A stretch of 64,000 bases of DNA from Microthyrium microscopicum (Eukaryota), in the NCBI GenBank assembly GCA_010405405.1, contig MU004240.1, positions 510,316 through 574,315 of the forward strand. Reading direction: 5' to 3'. The notes under the pieces are model-generated. The model did no database searches. It saw nothing but the letters and a program-made list of their open reading frames with translations, and was not told the DNA's origin. Below are positions 1-14,152 of the stretch, in pieces; within the stretch, counting starts at the first letter, position 1, and the number at the start of each line of letters is the position of its first letter. The position numbers were made by a program, and so were the translations under genes.

Positions 1-954
1 CTTATTAATTAGTATTAGCTTTAGTTAAAGTTTTAAGAAATAATATTTTTTTAATAAAGTATAATTAAATATTAATTAAAAAATAAAATTATAAATATAA
101 TACTATTTAAAGTATTAAAATACTAAAATAGAACTATTTATTCTAACTTATATAAATCTAACTTATTATTTTTAACTTTATAATCTTAATATAATAAGTA
201 GTTAAGCTCTAATATAAATAGTTATATTTTTTAATTATTTATTATTAGCTTTAATTAAAAATACTAATTCTATTTTAAAAGCTAAGACTTTTAATTTATA
301 AGCTATATTATAGATTTATACTACTCTTATTAATTATAAGTCTTTAACTTATTACTATAAGTTTCTTTTATATAGTTAGACTAATAAAATAGAAATATAA
401 TAATTTCTTTTATAACTTTTTAAGCTACTTTCTTACTTTATAGACTCTTTTTTTATATTTTAAATATTTATTTATTAAGAGATTATTCTAAGAATATATT
501 AATATAAATAGCTTAGTCTAAATCTAAGCTCCTAGTTATTTAAGAAAAAGAGTATATATAAATAGTATTAGTAGTAAGTAATAATTAAGCTTAAGAAAAA
601 TTATTTTATAGATATAATAAAACCTTTATTATAACTTAAATATAATATTAATAATAGGCTAGTATTAGTAGAATTAACTTAGTAGCTTAAAAAACTTCTA
701 ATATAATATAAATAAATATTTCTTTAAAATATAAAATATTAATAATTTATTAATTATATATTTTTTTCTTTACTACTAATATTATTATTTATAAGAAATA
801 TTAGTAAAAAAAATAACTTAAATAATAATATCTATTTAATAATACTAGAAATATATATAGAATAAAAATAAAAAGTTATAAAATAAGTAGTAAGAGTTTT
901 ATAGCTTATTTTTATTAGTAAAGAAAAAATAAATAAAAAGAAGGTAAAAAAGTA

Positions 955-1470
955 AAGTTATAAGTAGATATAAAAAGAGTAATAAAGTAAAATATAGTAA
1001 GTAAAGAGAAATATAAAGTTATAAATAAATTAAAAGAAAAAGATAAAGAAGAGTATAGTATATAAAAAGAAGTATAAAGTTATAAATAAGTTAAAAAAGA
1101 AGAATAAAGAAGAGTATAGTAAATAAAGAGAAGTATAAGATTATAAGTAAGTTAAAAGAAGAAAATAAAGAAGAGTATAATAAATAAAGAAGAGTATAAA
1201 ATTATAAATAGATTAGAAGAGAGTAATAAAAAAGAATATAGTATATAAAGAGAAGTATAAAGTTATAAGTAGATTAAAAGAAAAGGATAAAAAAGAGTAT
1301 AGTATATAAAGAAGAGTATAAGATTATAAATAGATTAGAAAAAAAGAATAAAAGAAAGTATAGTAAATAAAAAAGAGTATAAGGTTATAAATAGGTTAGA
1401 AGAAGATAATAAAGAAAAGTATAGTATATAAAGAGAAGTATAAAGTTATAAGTAGATTAAAAGAAAAGGA
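955..1470 (+). repeat. 61-bp tandem repeat, about 8.5 copies
   Basis: A unit starting (a/g)(a/g)(g/a)ttataa recurs at 955, 1016, 1077, 1138, 1199, 1260, 1321, 1382 and 1443. Copies differ mainly by A/G changes. Confidence 0.9.
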
Positions 1471-2527
1471 TAAGGTTATAGATAAATAAAAAGAAGATAA
1501 TAAAGATAAGCGTAGAAATTATAAAGAATTTAAGATTAAAAAAGAAATTTTAAGAAGTAAGTAAATAAAGTTAAGAAGAATATAGTTACGTTAAAATAAT
1601 AAAATAAGCTAGAATAATATAATAAAAGTTAATAAAGTATAAATTATATAGTAACTAATTAAAAAGAGTAAATAACTTAATAAAGTAAGCTATAAAATAA
1701 TTTATAGCTTATAATAAATAAAAATATTTAGAATATTAGCCTTTAACTTAGTAGAACTTAGTTTAAACTAATAAAAGAAAGATACTATAATAAATAAATA
1801 TTTTAGAAAGTAGAAGCTATAATAGACTTTCTAAATTCTAATTAATATTTTTATAACTTTCTAAAACTTAGCTTTAATAGTAGCTTAATACTAGTATAAA
1901 GTTTAGTACGCCTTAATTATAAAATACTAGTCTTAATAAGTTTTATTATTTCTAACTCTTTATAATAGATTATTTATATATTATTACTAAATATAGTTAT
2001 ATTCTAAGATTATAATTCTAAACTCTTTAAGTCTATATAACCTTTTAATTTTTATAAGTTTATTTAAGTTATAATACTAATTTTACTCTTTATTTTAAAT
2101 TTTACTTATTATTATTTTTTTATTTTCTTTTTTTTACTAAATTTTTAATAGTATTTATATTTATCTTGCTACTCTTTTAAGTAGTAAATCTTACGAATAA
2201 ATTATAGTAAAAGTTATCTTATTATATTAAGTAAACTCTTACTACTATAATTATATACTTTTATATAATAAACTTTAAAGAATTTATTATAAATATTTCT
2301 AGTTAGTATAAATAATATAAACTTAAATTACTATAATAATAATAATACTACTTATACTTTTTACTATTAATATTTATACTTATTTACTTTTTAAGACTAT
2401 AATTCTAAAACTTTCTATATAAAAGTACTACGTAATTTATAAGTAGCTAATTATTATTTTTTAGTAAATACTTTAGTAATAATATTTCTTAAATAGCTAC
2501 TAATAATAATTATAATTTTTTCTAGTA

Positions 2528-4454
2528 ATATTTTAGAATTTGACCTTCTTTAGCTCCTACACGGCTCGTTTCGCACTACTTCATCGATTTAATTTAAATA
2601 AACTATTGGAATCTCTTTGCTAAGGCTTAGGGATTACACTTATAAATTTTTAGCTAGACGCCTGCACGCGCTGTGGTGTTGTTGCGGTTAAAACGAAATA
2701 GTACAACTAAATGACTATAATATAGAAGAATGAGAATTAGATTATAAGAGCTATGAGAGCTTACTTAATAGTAGTAGCCCTTTAGAACTGCTTAGCATAG
2801 TTAACGTAGTAGGGATGTCCCTATCTAGACTATAAAAAGGTATATAAAAAGGATTAGAAATGATTATCTTAAAATAAGACCTCTATAATACTATAGAGGA
2901 GCTTATTAAGCTAAAGGACTTCGTCTTTAACCTAGAGGAAGAGCCTCTAGCGGCTAAATACCCTATCCCTGAACCTACCTCTCTTAAAACTATACTTAAT
3001 TGACTTGATAAAATTAAAGTGGCGGTTTGATGTTGTCCTACTATACTAGCTCTGAAGCTATATTCCTAAGTAGTAGTTACCTTCTATACTAAACTATACG
3101 TGAGTAAACTAAAAGGTCGTTCTATTGTCCTATGACTTAAGGTAGGATAATATATAGGGACCCTTCTAGAGGTTCTTAAGGAGCTTAAAAAGATATTTGT
3201 AGGTACTATAGGCGTATGCTCCTTATAGAGTAGTAATTTTTAAGTCGTTTTTAGAGATGCTGAATAGAAGGATTAGGCCTAGTTCCTATTTATTAAAGGG
3301 GCGTAGGTGCTCTAGTAGGACTATCCTATTAAAGTAGCTAGCGTTTCTCTTAAAAGTATTAGTGATAGGGTTTATTATAATAAAGGAGTAGATAATTATA
3401 ACTTAGGGTTTATTAAGGCTCTAAATAAAGATAACTAGCATATTCTTGCTATTACTAGGGTAAGCTAGATATATAGCAATAAAATAATAATCTTAGGGAA
3501 AAAGAGATTGTTCTTTATTATATACCTCTTTACGAAGGGTCTCTAGGAGATTACTATAACTTAAGGGCTAATAATTAAAGGCGTATAGTATAGTTATAAA
3601 TTCTAGGCTATGATACTAGTAAGTACTTAGTGCTACTAGTATAGTACCTAGGGATATATATAGTCTTCCTATTTAGTAGAAGCTTGCTATAGACACTATA
3701 TAGGTAAGTATAATATATAGGATTATAAAATAAAAGGTAAAAGTAAATAGTACTTAAATTGTGGTTATAAATATAACTATTAGGATAAATCCTGTAGTAT
3801 CTATAAGAGTATTGCTTTGGTAGTAGACGCCCTCTAGGCGACCTTATTTAAACGTACTATTAACCTATAAAATAATTTAGCTTGATAGGAACGTGGTAAT
3901 ATAAACATAATACTAAAGGATAAATAAATACTTATTACTATACTAAAAGCTACTTTTGTAAAAGGCTCTAGAAGGCCTCTAGCCTTAGCTATAGTAGGAA
4001 TAGCTCTAGGATAGTGGTCTCTTAGCTTTATGCCTACTTGCTAAATAATAGGCCTATTAGGCGCTGCTATACCTATGGCGGCGTTAGGAGGGAAGATAGC
4101 TATAGCTATATTGGCTAGTGTCTATAAGGTGGCTGAAGTAGCTCTAGCGACTTAAGTAGAGTTTGAAGAAGTAGATAAAGAGGTTTAGATAGAGATAGAG
4201 TTAAATAGGTAGGAAGGAGATTAAATGAAGTGGAAGTATTTCTAGATTAGTCTATTAATGACTATAAGGTGAATAATTTATAATGGATAAAGGGACGCTA
4301 GAGCGCTTATGGCGCCCTACTAGGGCAAACAGTGTAGTTTTATTCCCCTAAGGGTTTCTACTATAAATAGTCGGTATAGTCTATATACGCCTATTAGAGT
4401 AGCGTGTTTGGACCCCTTACGAGGTCCAAACGAACTAGACAATAAAGAGATTTA
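2528..4454 (+). mobile_element. Non-LTR (LINE-type) retroelement carrying only a gag-like ORF1, flanked by a 17-bp TSD
   Basis: Direct repeat tataattttttctagta at 2511-2527 and 4455-4471. The interior has higher GC than the flanks. One degenerate frame has three CCHC knuckles. A 3' hairpin gtttggacc-N8-ggtccaaac lies at ~4405-4430. There is no room for endonuclease/RT. Confidence 0.85.
2698..4224 (+). pseudogene. RIP-inactivated LINE ORF1 (gag-like nucleic-acid-binding protein)
   Basis: Reversing C>T/G>A changes gives Cx2Cx4Hx4C (3631-3672), Cx2Cx3Hx4C and Cx2Cx3Hx6C in one frame, the triple knuckle of Tad1/I/Jockey-type ORF1. An upstream YSQVV-like motif is present. The start is inferred as ATG>ATA. 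Confidence 0.75.
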
Positions 4455-6485
4455 TATAATTTTTTCTAGTAGTATAACTTTTATAACTAAAAATAATTAA
4501 AGTAAGAAGTATTCTAGTTATTTATTCTTAGTCTTATAATTATTTTTAGACTAAAATATTCTCTACTATTTAATTATTATTTAGATATAAAGATATAAGT
4601 AAGTTAATTTAGATAATATTTTTTATTATTATAATAAGAAAAATATAATAAAGATTAATTAGTATATTATCTTTTTAAATTAAGTATAGAGATTAATAAG
4701 CTATTAAGATATTCTTACTTTAAGGTTTAAATATTATATTAAGTAATATAATAAAGTTAATAGTAGAAATAATTTTTAGATTTAGTATATTTTATATAGC
4801 GTATTATAACTACTTAGATAGAATTAGTATTATTTTTTAGTAGATATACTAGTTAAGAAAGATAAGATAGCTAACTACTAGTAATAACTAGATTAAGTAT
4901 AGATTATATAAAGAAATAACTTTATAAATCTCTAGTTTATAGAATTACTTTTAAAGAAAAAAGACTAAGCTAAGTAATTCTAAGAAAAGCTAAAAAATAT
5001 AATAGATTAAAAAAGAGTTTAATAGTATAATAATATAAGAAGTTAGGAAGAGAAACGTATTATATTAGTTACTTCCTAAATTACTAAATTAATTAAATTA
5101 ACGTAATTAAAAAGTAGATAATTAGAATATAAAGTATAATTAATTAATATTAAAAAAGAAAGAAGAATAAATAAAAGTTTTTATAAATAGTATTATAAAA
5201 TAATATAAATAGTACTAAATTTCTAATTAATACTTTTTTAACTTACTAATTTTATTTCTTTAGAATCCTAAGTTTTTTTAATAAAGTTAATACTATCTTA
5301 AATTATATCTTTCTTTACTTCTACCTTTAATTCCTTTATATCTAGAACTAGCTTAATAACTTTCTTCTTATTATTATAACTTACTATTTAAGATAAGGAT
5401 ACTACTATTAATAGTACTATTCTAAACTCTTCTATTAATATATTACCTTTTAGCCTATTAGTACCTACTCTTTCTATTTCTAATATAATACTTAGAGTAT
5501 TAAAGAAATCTAGTAATTAAGAAAAAAAGATATATTTATAGAATAAGGATACTAATAACTATTTTTAGACTTAATAATAAATTATATTTTAGTTTACTAT
5601 TAACTAAGAAAGGCTAATTTCTATATAAATAGATCCTTATTAATATAATAGGAAAAAAAGCCCTATTTAGAATAATATATAAGTAGACGCCTTTAAGTCT
5701 ACTAACTAGCCTTATTATTACTATATTTATTATTATAAGTTTCTTAAATACTACTACTTCTATAAAGATAATACTAGTATCTTTTTTATTAAGTAAGAAT
5801 TACTTAATAAGTATATTACTTTCTAAGATTATAATAATATTATTATAGCTAAAGGTAATAAAGATTAGATTATACTTAATTAAATAAAATTAACTATAAC
5901 TTTAGTATATTTAATTTCTACTATACTATATTATTATTAATTATAATATTTATAAATATATAATATAAAGCTTAAGGCTACTTATAGCTTTAATAAGTAT
6001 AAGATTACGCTATAAGATTTTTTTACTTTATAAGTATATTTAATTATAACTAAGGATTTTCCTCTTAGTATATTTAAATTATAATTTATATAGTAAGTTA
6101 TTAACTACTATATACTACTAAGTATTTAACCTTAATTTACTTTATAAAAAACTTTTACTTTAGAAGTTATAAGATAAGTTATAATTAATTTTATAAAGTT
6201 AAGAGAAGAGTTTATTTAGCTAAGTAATAATATATATATTAGTATTTAGCTAAATAAGTAGTCTTTAAATTTTACTTATAAAAAGTACTTAGCTATTATT
6301 AAATAATAGATTACTTTATAATAAGAATAAAAAAAGTAGTTTTTTAGCTTTTCTTCTACTATTAAAAAGTCTATAAGTAAGGCTTATACTAAATTTATAA
6401 GTAATATATTTAATTAATATAGTATTATTAAGAAGGTTTACTTTATTATAATTAATAATACTAATAATAATAAGATAATAGTACT

Positions 6486-6845
6486 TATTAGGAATCGAAC
6501 CTAATAGACTCTTTAAGACAGGCATTATAGCCTAAGTGCCTTAGCCTAATAGCTATTAAAAGCTAGTAGAGCTACTTCTTTAGCTTTAATATATTCTATA
6601 GTTAAAAGAACTAATAAGTTCCTAACTATTATGATTAATAGCTAAGCGTACCTCTAAGGTACCTTAGCTTATAGATAGACTACTCTAGCTTAGAAAGGAA
6701 CCTTAAAGGTTCCTAGGCAATAAGATAGAAGCTAAGGAATCCTTTTATAGTTCCTTAGTAATTACTCCTATCTCTATTTCTATATACTTAATCTATTAAG
6801 TATCTTATAACCTTCTTACCTACTCTATAACCCTAATCTCTAATA
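6486..6845 (+). repeat. 5' LTR
   Basis: Same length as and colinear with 14862-15221; termini TA...TA are RIP-mutated TG...CA. Confidence 0.95.
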
Positions 6846-9800
6846 TTATAATTACTTCTTATTAATAAAGTGCTTATAAAGCTTTTTCTTTAAAATACTA
6901 TAATTAGTTATAAGTAATAAATTAATAAAACCTAAGGGTAAGACTTCTAGAGCAAAACTAGCTAGACTAAATCTAGTTATACTAGATATAGCTATACTAA
7001 TCCTAATAGGACTAAGTAGCTTTATAAGTAACCCTACTAATATAAAATAAGCTTATCTAGAATTAGTAATAAATATAAAAAAGACGTTAGAATAGCTATA
7101 AGCTAAAATATAGCAAATATATAATATACTTAAGATTAAATAACTTAAAGTAATAAAAGTAGCTTATAAATATAGAGAACTCTACTTAGTTAAATAAATT
7201 AATAAATAGGATTAATATAACGCTAGCTTAGCTATTTTAGCTTATATTAAATATAATAGCTTTAAATTAGCTTATAATAGTAATAAACTATAGATATATA
7301 AAGCTAAAAGTCTATAAGAGTATAAGGATTAAGTCTTTAATATAACTAACATACTTACTATAAAGAAATATAAGAAGGACCTATACCTAGTAGTTCTCTA
7401 AGCCTATAATTACCTTAATAAGGAGGTTATATAACTAACCTAGGATAATTATGTTAATTTCTAAACCTAGCTAGCTAAACTAGACTAATACGAACCTATA
7501 TAGGCCCTTATAAAATAATAAGCCCTTAAACTCTTTAATCTACCTATTAAGAGGCGTTATAAGGCCTTTTAGAGCCTCTTAACTACTATAATAAGGGAAA
7601 AGACTCCCTAAGAATACTTTAATAAGCTTATGCTTCTCTTTTATAAATATAAAATTAATAACGTATTAATTTACTTATTATTCTTTAGTAATAGACTATC
7701 TACTTACCTTAGAAATAATATAATCTTTAACCTAGACTATATAGTTAAGATAGCTAAAGAAGCCTTATCTTAATATATTTTAAAGTACTTAAGACCTATT
7801 AATAACTAAAAGATACTAACTACTTCTAAGAAAGATACTAGAGATAATAAATCCTCTAAATAGCGTTTAATGTCTATAAATCTAGAGGATAAGACTTAAT
7901 AAGGTTCTTAGAGAGATAAGTTAAAGAAGTCTAAACTAAGTCCTTTTAATAAGGCTTTAAAGCTAAATAAACTAAAGAGCAACGTAATGCCTAAAGTTAA
8001 ATAGCTATTCCTTAGTAACCTTAGTAAAAATAAGTACTAGAACTATACTAAGGTAGGCTATATAGCCTATAACTACCCTAACCTAAAGCTAAAGAGAATT
8101 AAGGAAAAAGACTAAGCTATAAGGTAGCTAACTAGGATCTTATAGCTTCTATTATAAATAATCTAGTCCTTAATCTCCTTAGCAACTTCTATAAGGTTAT
8201 TATTACTTAAGTCTTAGAAGTAGTAAGGAATAAGAGGATTCTAGATAAGGAAGTATACTAATTAAAGAAATTATACTAAATTATTTTATAAGGAACTACT
8301 TAGAATTAAGTAAGCTAAGATTATATGCTATAAAGTATAATAATAAATAATAAAGCCTATTTTAATATTATAAACTACGCCTTAGCTAAGAAGCTTTAAT
8401 TAAAGATATATTATTTTCTAAAAGAGTTAGCTAAGTACCTAAATAATATGCCTATAGCTATCTATAGAGTAGTAACTACTAAAGTTATAATAGTTAACTC
8501 TAATAAGATCCTAAAGACTAATAAGGTATTATTTTATATTATAGACTTACTATACTATATAATTATTATAAAGATATCTTAGCTTAAGGACTAGAACCTT
8601 TTACTAGACTTTAAGGCTAAGACTTTATCCTTTATTTATTTAGAAGATAACTACTATAGTAAGATTAGCTTTATCTTCCTAAAAGAACTACTCTAATTAA
8701 GTTAAGATAAATTTACTTAGCTCTTTAAGTATTTAGTAGGTTTATTAAACTACGTTAGCCTATAAGACTTACTATATTATTATAAGGAGCTTATAGAGGC
8801 CTTTAGTAAAGATAAAGTATAGGATTTAGTAAAATATAGTCTATAGGACCTAGCTATTAACCTTAAGCTAAGTATAACTATACCCTATTAACTTATTTAT
8901 AGCCTATTAGAAGTAAAACTAGTTATTCTATATAAATATCTTAAGAGAGATCTTAAGAGGAGATTTATTTATAAATCTTAGTCTCTTACTAAAGCCCTAA
9001 TTATCTTTATAAAGAAGAAGGATAGTACCTTACGTCTATACGTAAACTATAGAAGCTTAAATAATATTACGATTAAGGACTATTATGCTCTACTACTAAT
9101 TAAAGAGTTATTAGACTAACTATTAAGAGCTAAGCTCTTTATAAGCCTAGACCTTTATAAAGTATATTATTATATTTATATTTATACTAGTAATAAGTAG
9201 AAGATAGTATTCTAAACTAAATATAAGTCTTTTAAGTACTAAGTAATACTTTTTAGGCTTATTAATGCTCCTACTACCTTTTAAGCATATATTAACTAAG
9301 CCCTATATAGCTTTATTAACGTAACTTATATTATCTACCTTAATAATATCCTTATCTTCTTTAAGAATAAAGAAGATTATATTAAATATATAAAGGAGGT
9401 ACTTAAAAGACTTATTAAGTTTAAGTTATATACTAAGCTATTAAAGTATAACTTTTATATAAACTAAATTAAGTACCTTAGGTACGTTATAATCCTAAAT
9501 AGTACTATAGTAGAATTAGAATAAATTATAATAGTTATAGATTAGCTAACGCTACGCAATATATACTAAGTAAGAGAGTTTATTAGCTTTATAAACTACT
9601 ATTAATGTTTTATTATTAACTTCTTCTATATTACTTTCCTATTAAACTCTTTAACTAAGAAGCTTCTAAGGTAGGCCTTAAAAGGCTAATAGCTACGTAA
9701 TAAGAAATTAGTTCCTATTAACCTCTTTCTTAAAGCTATTTAATTCTTTAACGACCTAAAGGCTATCTTTACGTACGTACTAATCCTTACTTACTATAAT

Positions 9801-11959
9801 CCTATATTAGAGACCTATTTAGAGATAGACGCCTCTAGGTAAGCAATCTATAGCATTTTAAGCTAAAAATAAACTAAGCTAAGCTAAGAAGGCTAATAGC
9901 AACCTATAGCGTTCTACTTAAGGAAGCTATTAAGACTTAAGAGTTACTATAAGACTCTATAATAGGAGTTCCTAGCTATTATTAACTCTATAAGAGTCTT
10001 TTATAAGTATCTATATAGTATTCTAAAGTTCTTAGTCCTAACAAATTATATAAACCTTTATTTACTTAATACATTTTAAAACGTCTCTACTATATATATA
10101 AGATAGGTAAATTTCCTTACTAAGTTTAAGTTTAATATTAAGCACTATCTAAGGAAGATAAACCTTATAGATAGACTTTTATAGAGACTAAACTACGTCT
10201 CTTTAGGTAATATAGAATAGAAAAGAACTATAGATGCCTTATTAAACCTTATCTAAGATAAACTATAACTATCTAAGGCCCCTAAGCCTAATAAAAACCT
10301 AGTTAGGTTTATTAACGCTTTAATTATATCTATTAGTACCTTATTATAGTACTTAAGAAATAATTCTTAAGAAGTAGATATTATAGCTACGTTAGATATA
10401 CTTAATAGCTCTTCTACTAAGCTAATAAAAGATAAATAAACCTATTTATAAATAAAGGTTACTATAAAGAATAGTAGAGTCTAAATCTTCTAACGTTTCT
10501 ATAATAACCCCTTAGAAAGAGGCTATAAAGGCTAATATAAGACGTTAAAAAAGATTCAACGCTATTATACTTAGAATAATATTAATAAGAATATCTAAGA
10601 GTACTACGTAGCCTATTTAGAGTATAAATAAAATATATCTATTAAATAAGGCTAAAATAGGCTCCTTTTATCCCTACTAATGCTAATAGCTTCCTAGAAA
10701 GATATTATAATTAACTTTATTACTAACTTACTCCTAAGCGTCTTTTAAGGATAGCTATATAACTCTATTATAGTAGTTATCTATAAGCTAACTAAAATAG
10801 CTTATTACGTACCTTATTATAAAGATATAGACGCAAATAATCTTACTAAGCTCTTCTTACGTAAGGTAATATAACTCTATAACGTACTAAATATAATTAT
10901 ATCTAATAGAAGCCCTATATTTATTTCTAAGTTTTAAAATATATTCCTCTACTACTTAGGAATCTAATAAAAGCTATTTACTATATTCTAACCCTAGATA
11001 AATAAGTAAATAGAGTATTAAAACTAAGAGATTAAGCACTATTTATGTATTTACTATAGCTAAGAGTAAGATAATTAAGCTAAAAAGCTTAATCCTACTA
11101 AGTTTATATATAATAATAGTATATATAGCTTAACTAGTATTACTCTATTTATAGTATATATAAATAGATACCTATACGTATTAGAAGTACTTAAAGAGTA
11201 CTTAATAAATACTACTCCTAACGTAAAGAAACTAGTAAAATATATTCTATCTTTCTAAAAAGCCCTTTAGGCCTATTTAGAGAATATTTAAACCTTATAA
11301 GCTAAATACTATAATAAAGGCTATAAGGATGTTACTTTAAAAATAAATAACTAAGTTCTACTTAATATAAAGAATATTAGAATAGCTAAGTCTAAAAAGA
11401 AACTAGATATTAAGTATATAAGCCTCTTTAAAGTAATAGAGGTTATTAACTATAATATATACTATATTAACCTACTTAAGGACGCTCTAATTTATAACGT
11501 CTTCTATATCTCTTTATTATAATAATATATACCTAATATACGCTTCCTATAGTAAATAGTCTTACCTTAGGAAACCTTAGACCCTAAAGAGACTAATTAC
11601 TATAAGGTTAAAGACATAATTAGATATAAGGTTAATAAAGATAATACCTATTACTATAAAGTAAAGTAAAAAAACTACTTTATATTTAAAGTAAGCTAGG
11701 AACCTACTAGTAACTTTTTCTTAGTTACGTTAAAGCGCTACTAAAAGAAGTTAAAGAAAAAAGGTATTTTCCTAGCTAAATTAGCTCTAATAAAAGTAAT
11801 TAAATATAACTTAAAATAACTTAACTTAGATAAACCCTATTTAGAGCCTAAGAAGCTAAGGAAATATCTAAAGAAGCCTTTAGCGCCTACTAAATCTATA
11901 CTAGTTAAGAAAGGATTAAGTAGACTAAAATAATTATAATAAGACTTAAGATAAGCCTC

Positions 11960-14152
11960 TTTTTATAGGAAAGATAAGCATAAAAGCGTAGTTACCCTAT
12001 AGCGTATATAGACGTATAATAACAATTTACCTTACTTATAATAGAAATAAGCCTATTTAGATAAAACTAAATAGTACCTAGATAATACTATTATAATACC
12101 TTAGAATAAATAGGTTTCTATAGATATATATATAAATATAGTCTAAATAAAAAAGACTTAGAGAAAATTTAGAACTAGATATAGAACTAATTTTAAACCT
12201 AAACTTAAAACTATTAGTATTACTTTAGCTTTACTTATTAACCCTTAAAGAGGTACCCTTTAAATACCTTAAAATAATAATTTTAGGTTTATAGAAATAT
12301 ATCCCTAAGTACTATCTAGGTTTATAAGAGAGGACTTAGAAATTTAAGAAAGTATTTTATTAAAAGAAACTATCTTATATTATTTATATAAATTAGTTTA
12401 AATAGAACCTAATAGCTACTAAGTACTAATAAATAGCTTATAATAAACCTAAAATATAACTAACCTTACCTATTAGATACTAGACGTATTAACCTAATGC
12501 TAGATATATTTACTAAATACTATATCTACTCTTTAAACTCTTTAGACTTTTTAGACTCTAAATCATTATCCTTAGAATTAATTTAACCTATTATAACTAA
12601 ATAGTAACAAAGAACTACCTACTTATTTATTCTAAGCTTATACTTATTAATCTAGCTCTAAAGGGTTATAAACTAACCTATATTAGAAGCCTTCTCCTTC
12701 TTTTTAATACTATTAGCCTACTAAGAAGTAAGTATCTTTATAATGTTAGTAAGATTACTAATTTAACGTAATAAAGTACCTATAACCTAGAATAAAGTTA
12801 GTTAAAATCTAAGTAATACAATTAAAGTACTTATATCCTCCTAGCTACTATTTATAAGTAGTTTAAATCTATAATAATAGGCATAGAGGTTATTATAGTG
12901 CTTAATATAAGTAGTACTAATAATAGCTCTAAGTAAAGCTACTTTAGAGTAATAAGTAGCCTTCTTAGTTATAAGAACCTTCTTACTATTTCTATAATAT
13001 ACTAGTATTATATAGATACTATTATATTTACCCTTAGTAATACTAGAATACAAAGGGAACATATTATTTATAGTATTAATATAGATATACCTATTTATAT
13101 TAATTTAAACTTAAGTATAATAAAAGGGTTTACTTACGTCTAGATAGCTTTTATAATATCTTTATTAGTAACGTAAACTACCTTTTTAATATAAAGAAGC
13201 TAACCTATATTATATTTACTTAGATTACTATTATAAGTTTACTAGCAAAGCATATAGACCTTTATTACGTTATAACGCTTCTAAAAAAAGTCCTTAGTAA
13301 TATCCTTCTTATAAGGGATAACCTAAGAAATAATTAGTAATGATTAGATTTAAATTAAATTAATTAGGAATAACTTACCTTAAGATACTACTAATAAGAC
13401 TTTATAGTCTTATAGGTTATATAGTAGTAACTATCTTAGACTTTAAAGGCTAATATATAGTCCTTAGAAGCTATATAATACTAATTCTTTAGATTAGTAT
13501 ATAAAAAGGTCTTAGCGTATACTTTAATATATTACTAATATAGATTAAGTATAAGAAACTATTTAATAATTAACTTAGCTTTATTTTTATATAGAATAGA
13601 CTTATCTACGTTAGATAGTTCTATCTTATTGTTATTAGAGTTATATAAAAGACGTTTACTATCTAACTAACTATGATTAATTAATGTATTATAGATAAAG
13701 AAGGTCTAGTATAATTTAAACTAAGCTTAAGCCTTATTAGTACGTATAATACTATTATTACGCATTTACTTTATATTAGGCTAAGAAAATTTAGATTTAC
13801 TATTATAATTATGCTTAGGAGCCTTTCTCTTCTTCTTAGCCTAGGTAATATCCTTTTTAATCTTTTTAGATTTAGAAGGCTCTAAAGAAGAGTAGCCTAA
13901 ACTTAATGGTTTAATATAATTATTATTAGTATTAATTTAGGTGCTATTAATGAATTTAACCTTATTAGTTGCCTTTTTAGTGCTATTAATGTTAGTAGAA
14001 TTAGCTAGTTTTATAATGCTAGTAATTAAAGTCTTTAGCGAAGTAATAATATCCTTAGAGACCTTAGGGGTATCCTTAAAGACCTTAGAGGCATTAGATA
14101 GAGATAAACTAGGTCTATTTAAAGCCTTATTAGCTTCTACTTTGTCCTTTAT
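11960..14152 (-). pseudogene. Extra intron-containing antisense gene between pol and the 3' LTR (acidic N-terminus, basic NLS-like patch, Cys/His motifs)
   Basis: A minus-strand frame from 14152 de-RIPs to MEDKVEADEASDGP...SDASEVFEDTPEVSED and contains KKKRKAP. GTAAGT...TAG introns lie at 13378-13323 and 13137-13091. The 3' end is approximate. Confidence 0.6.

Noticed and set aside
4400..4440. Hairpin followed by CTAG as a Helitron 3' end
   Set aside because: A 17-bp TSD and a LINE-type ORF1 fit retrotransposition; Helitrons make no TSD, and the element extends past the CTAG.
4472..6485. Host element interrupted by the Gypsy (continues at 15227-16285); possible pogo-like end at 5101
   Set aside because: Too degraded: no transposase motif or matching second TIR could be read, so it is left unclassified.
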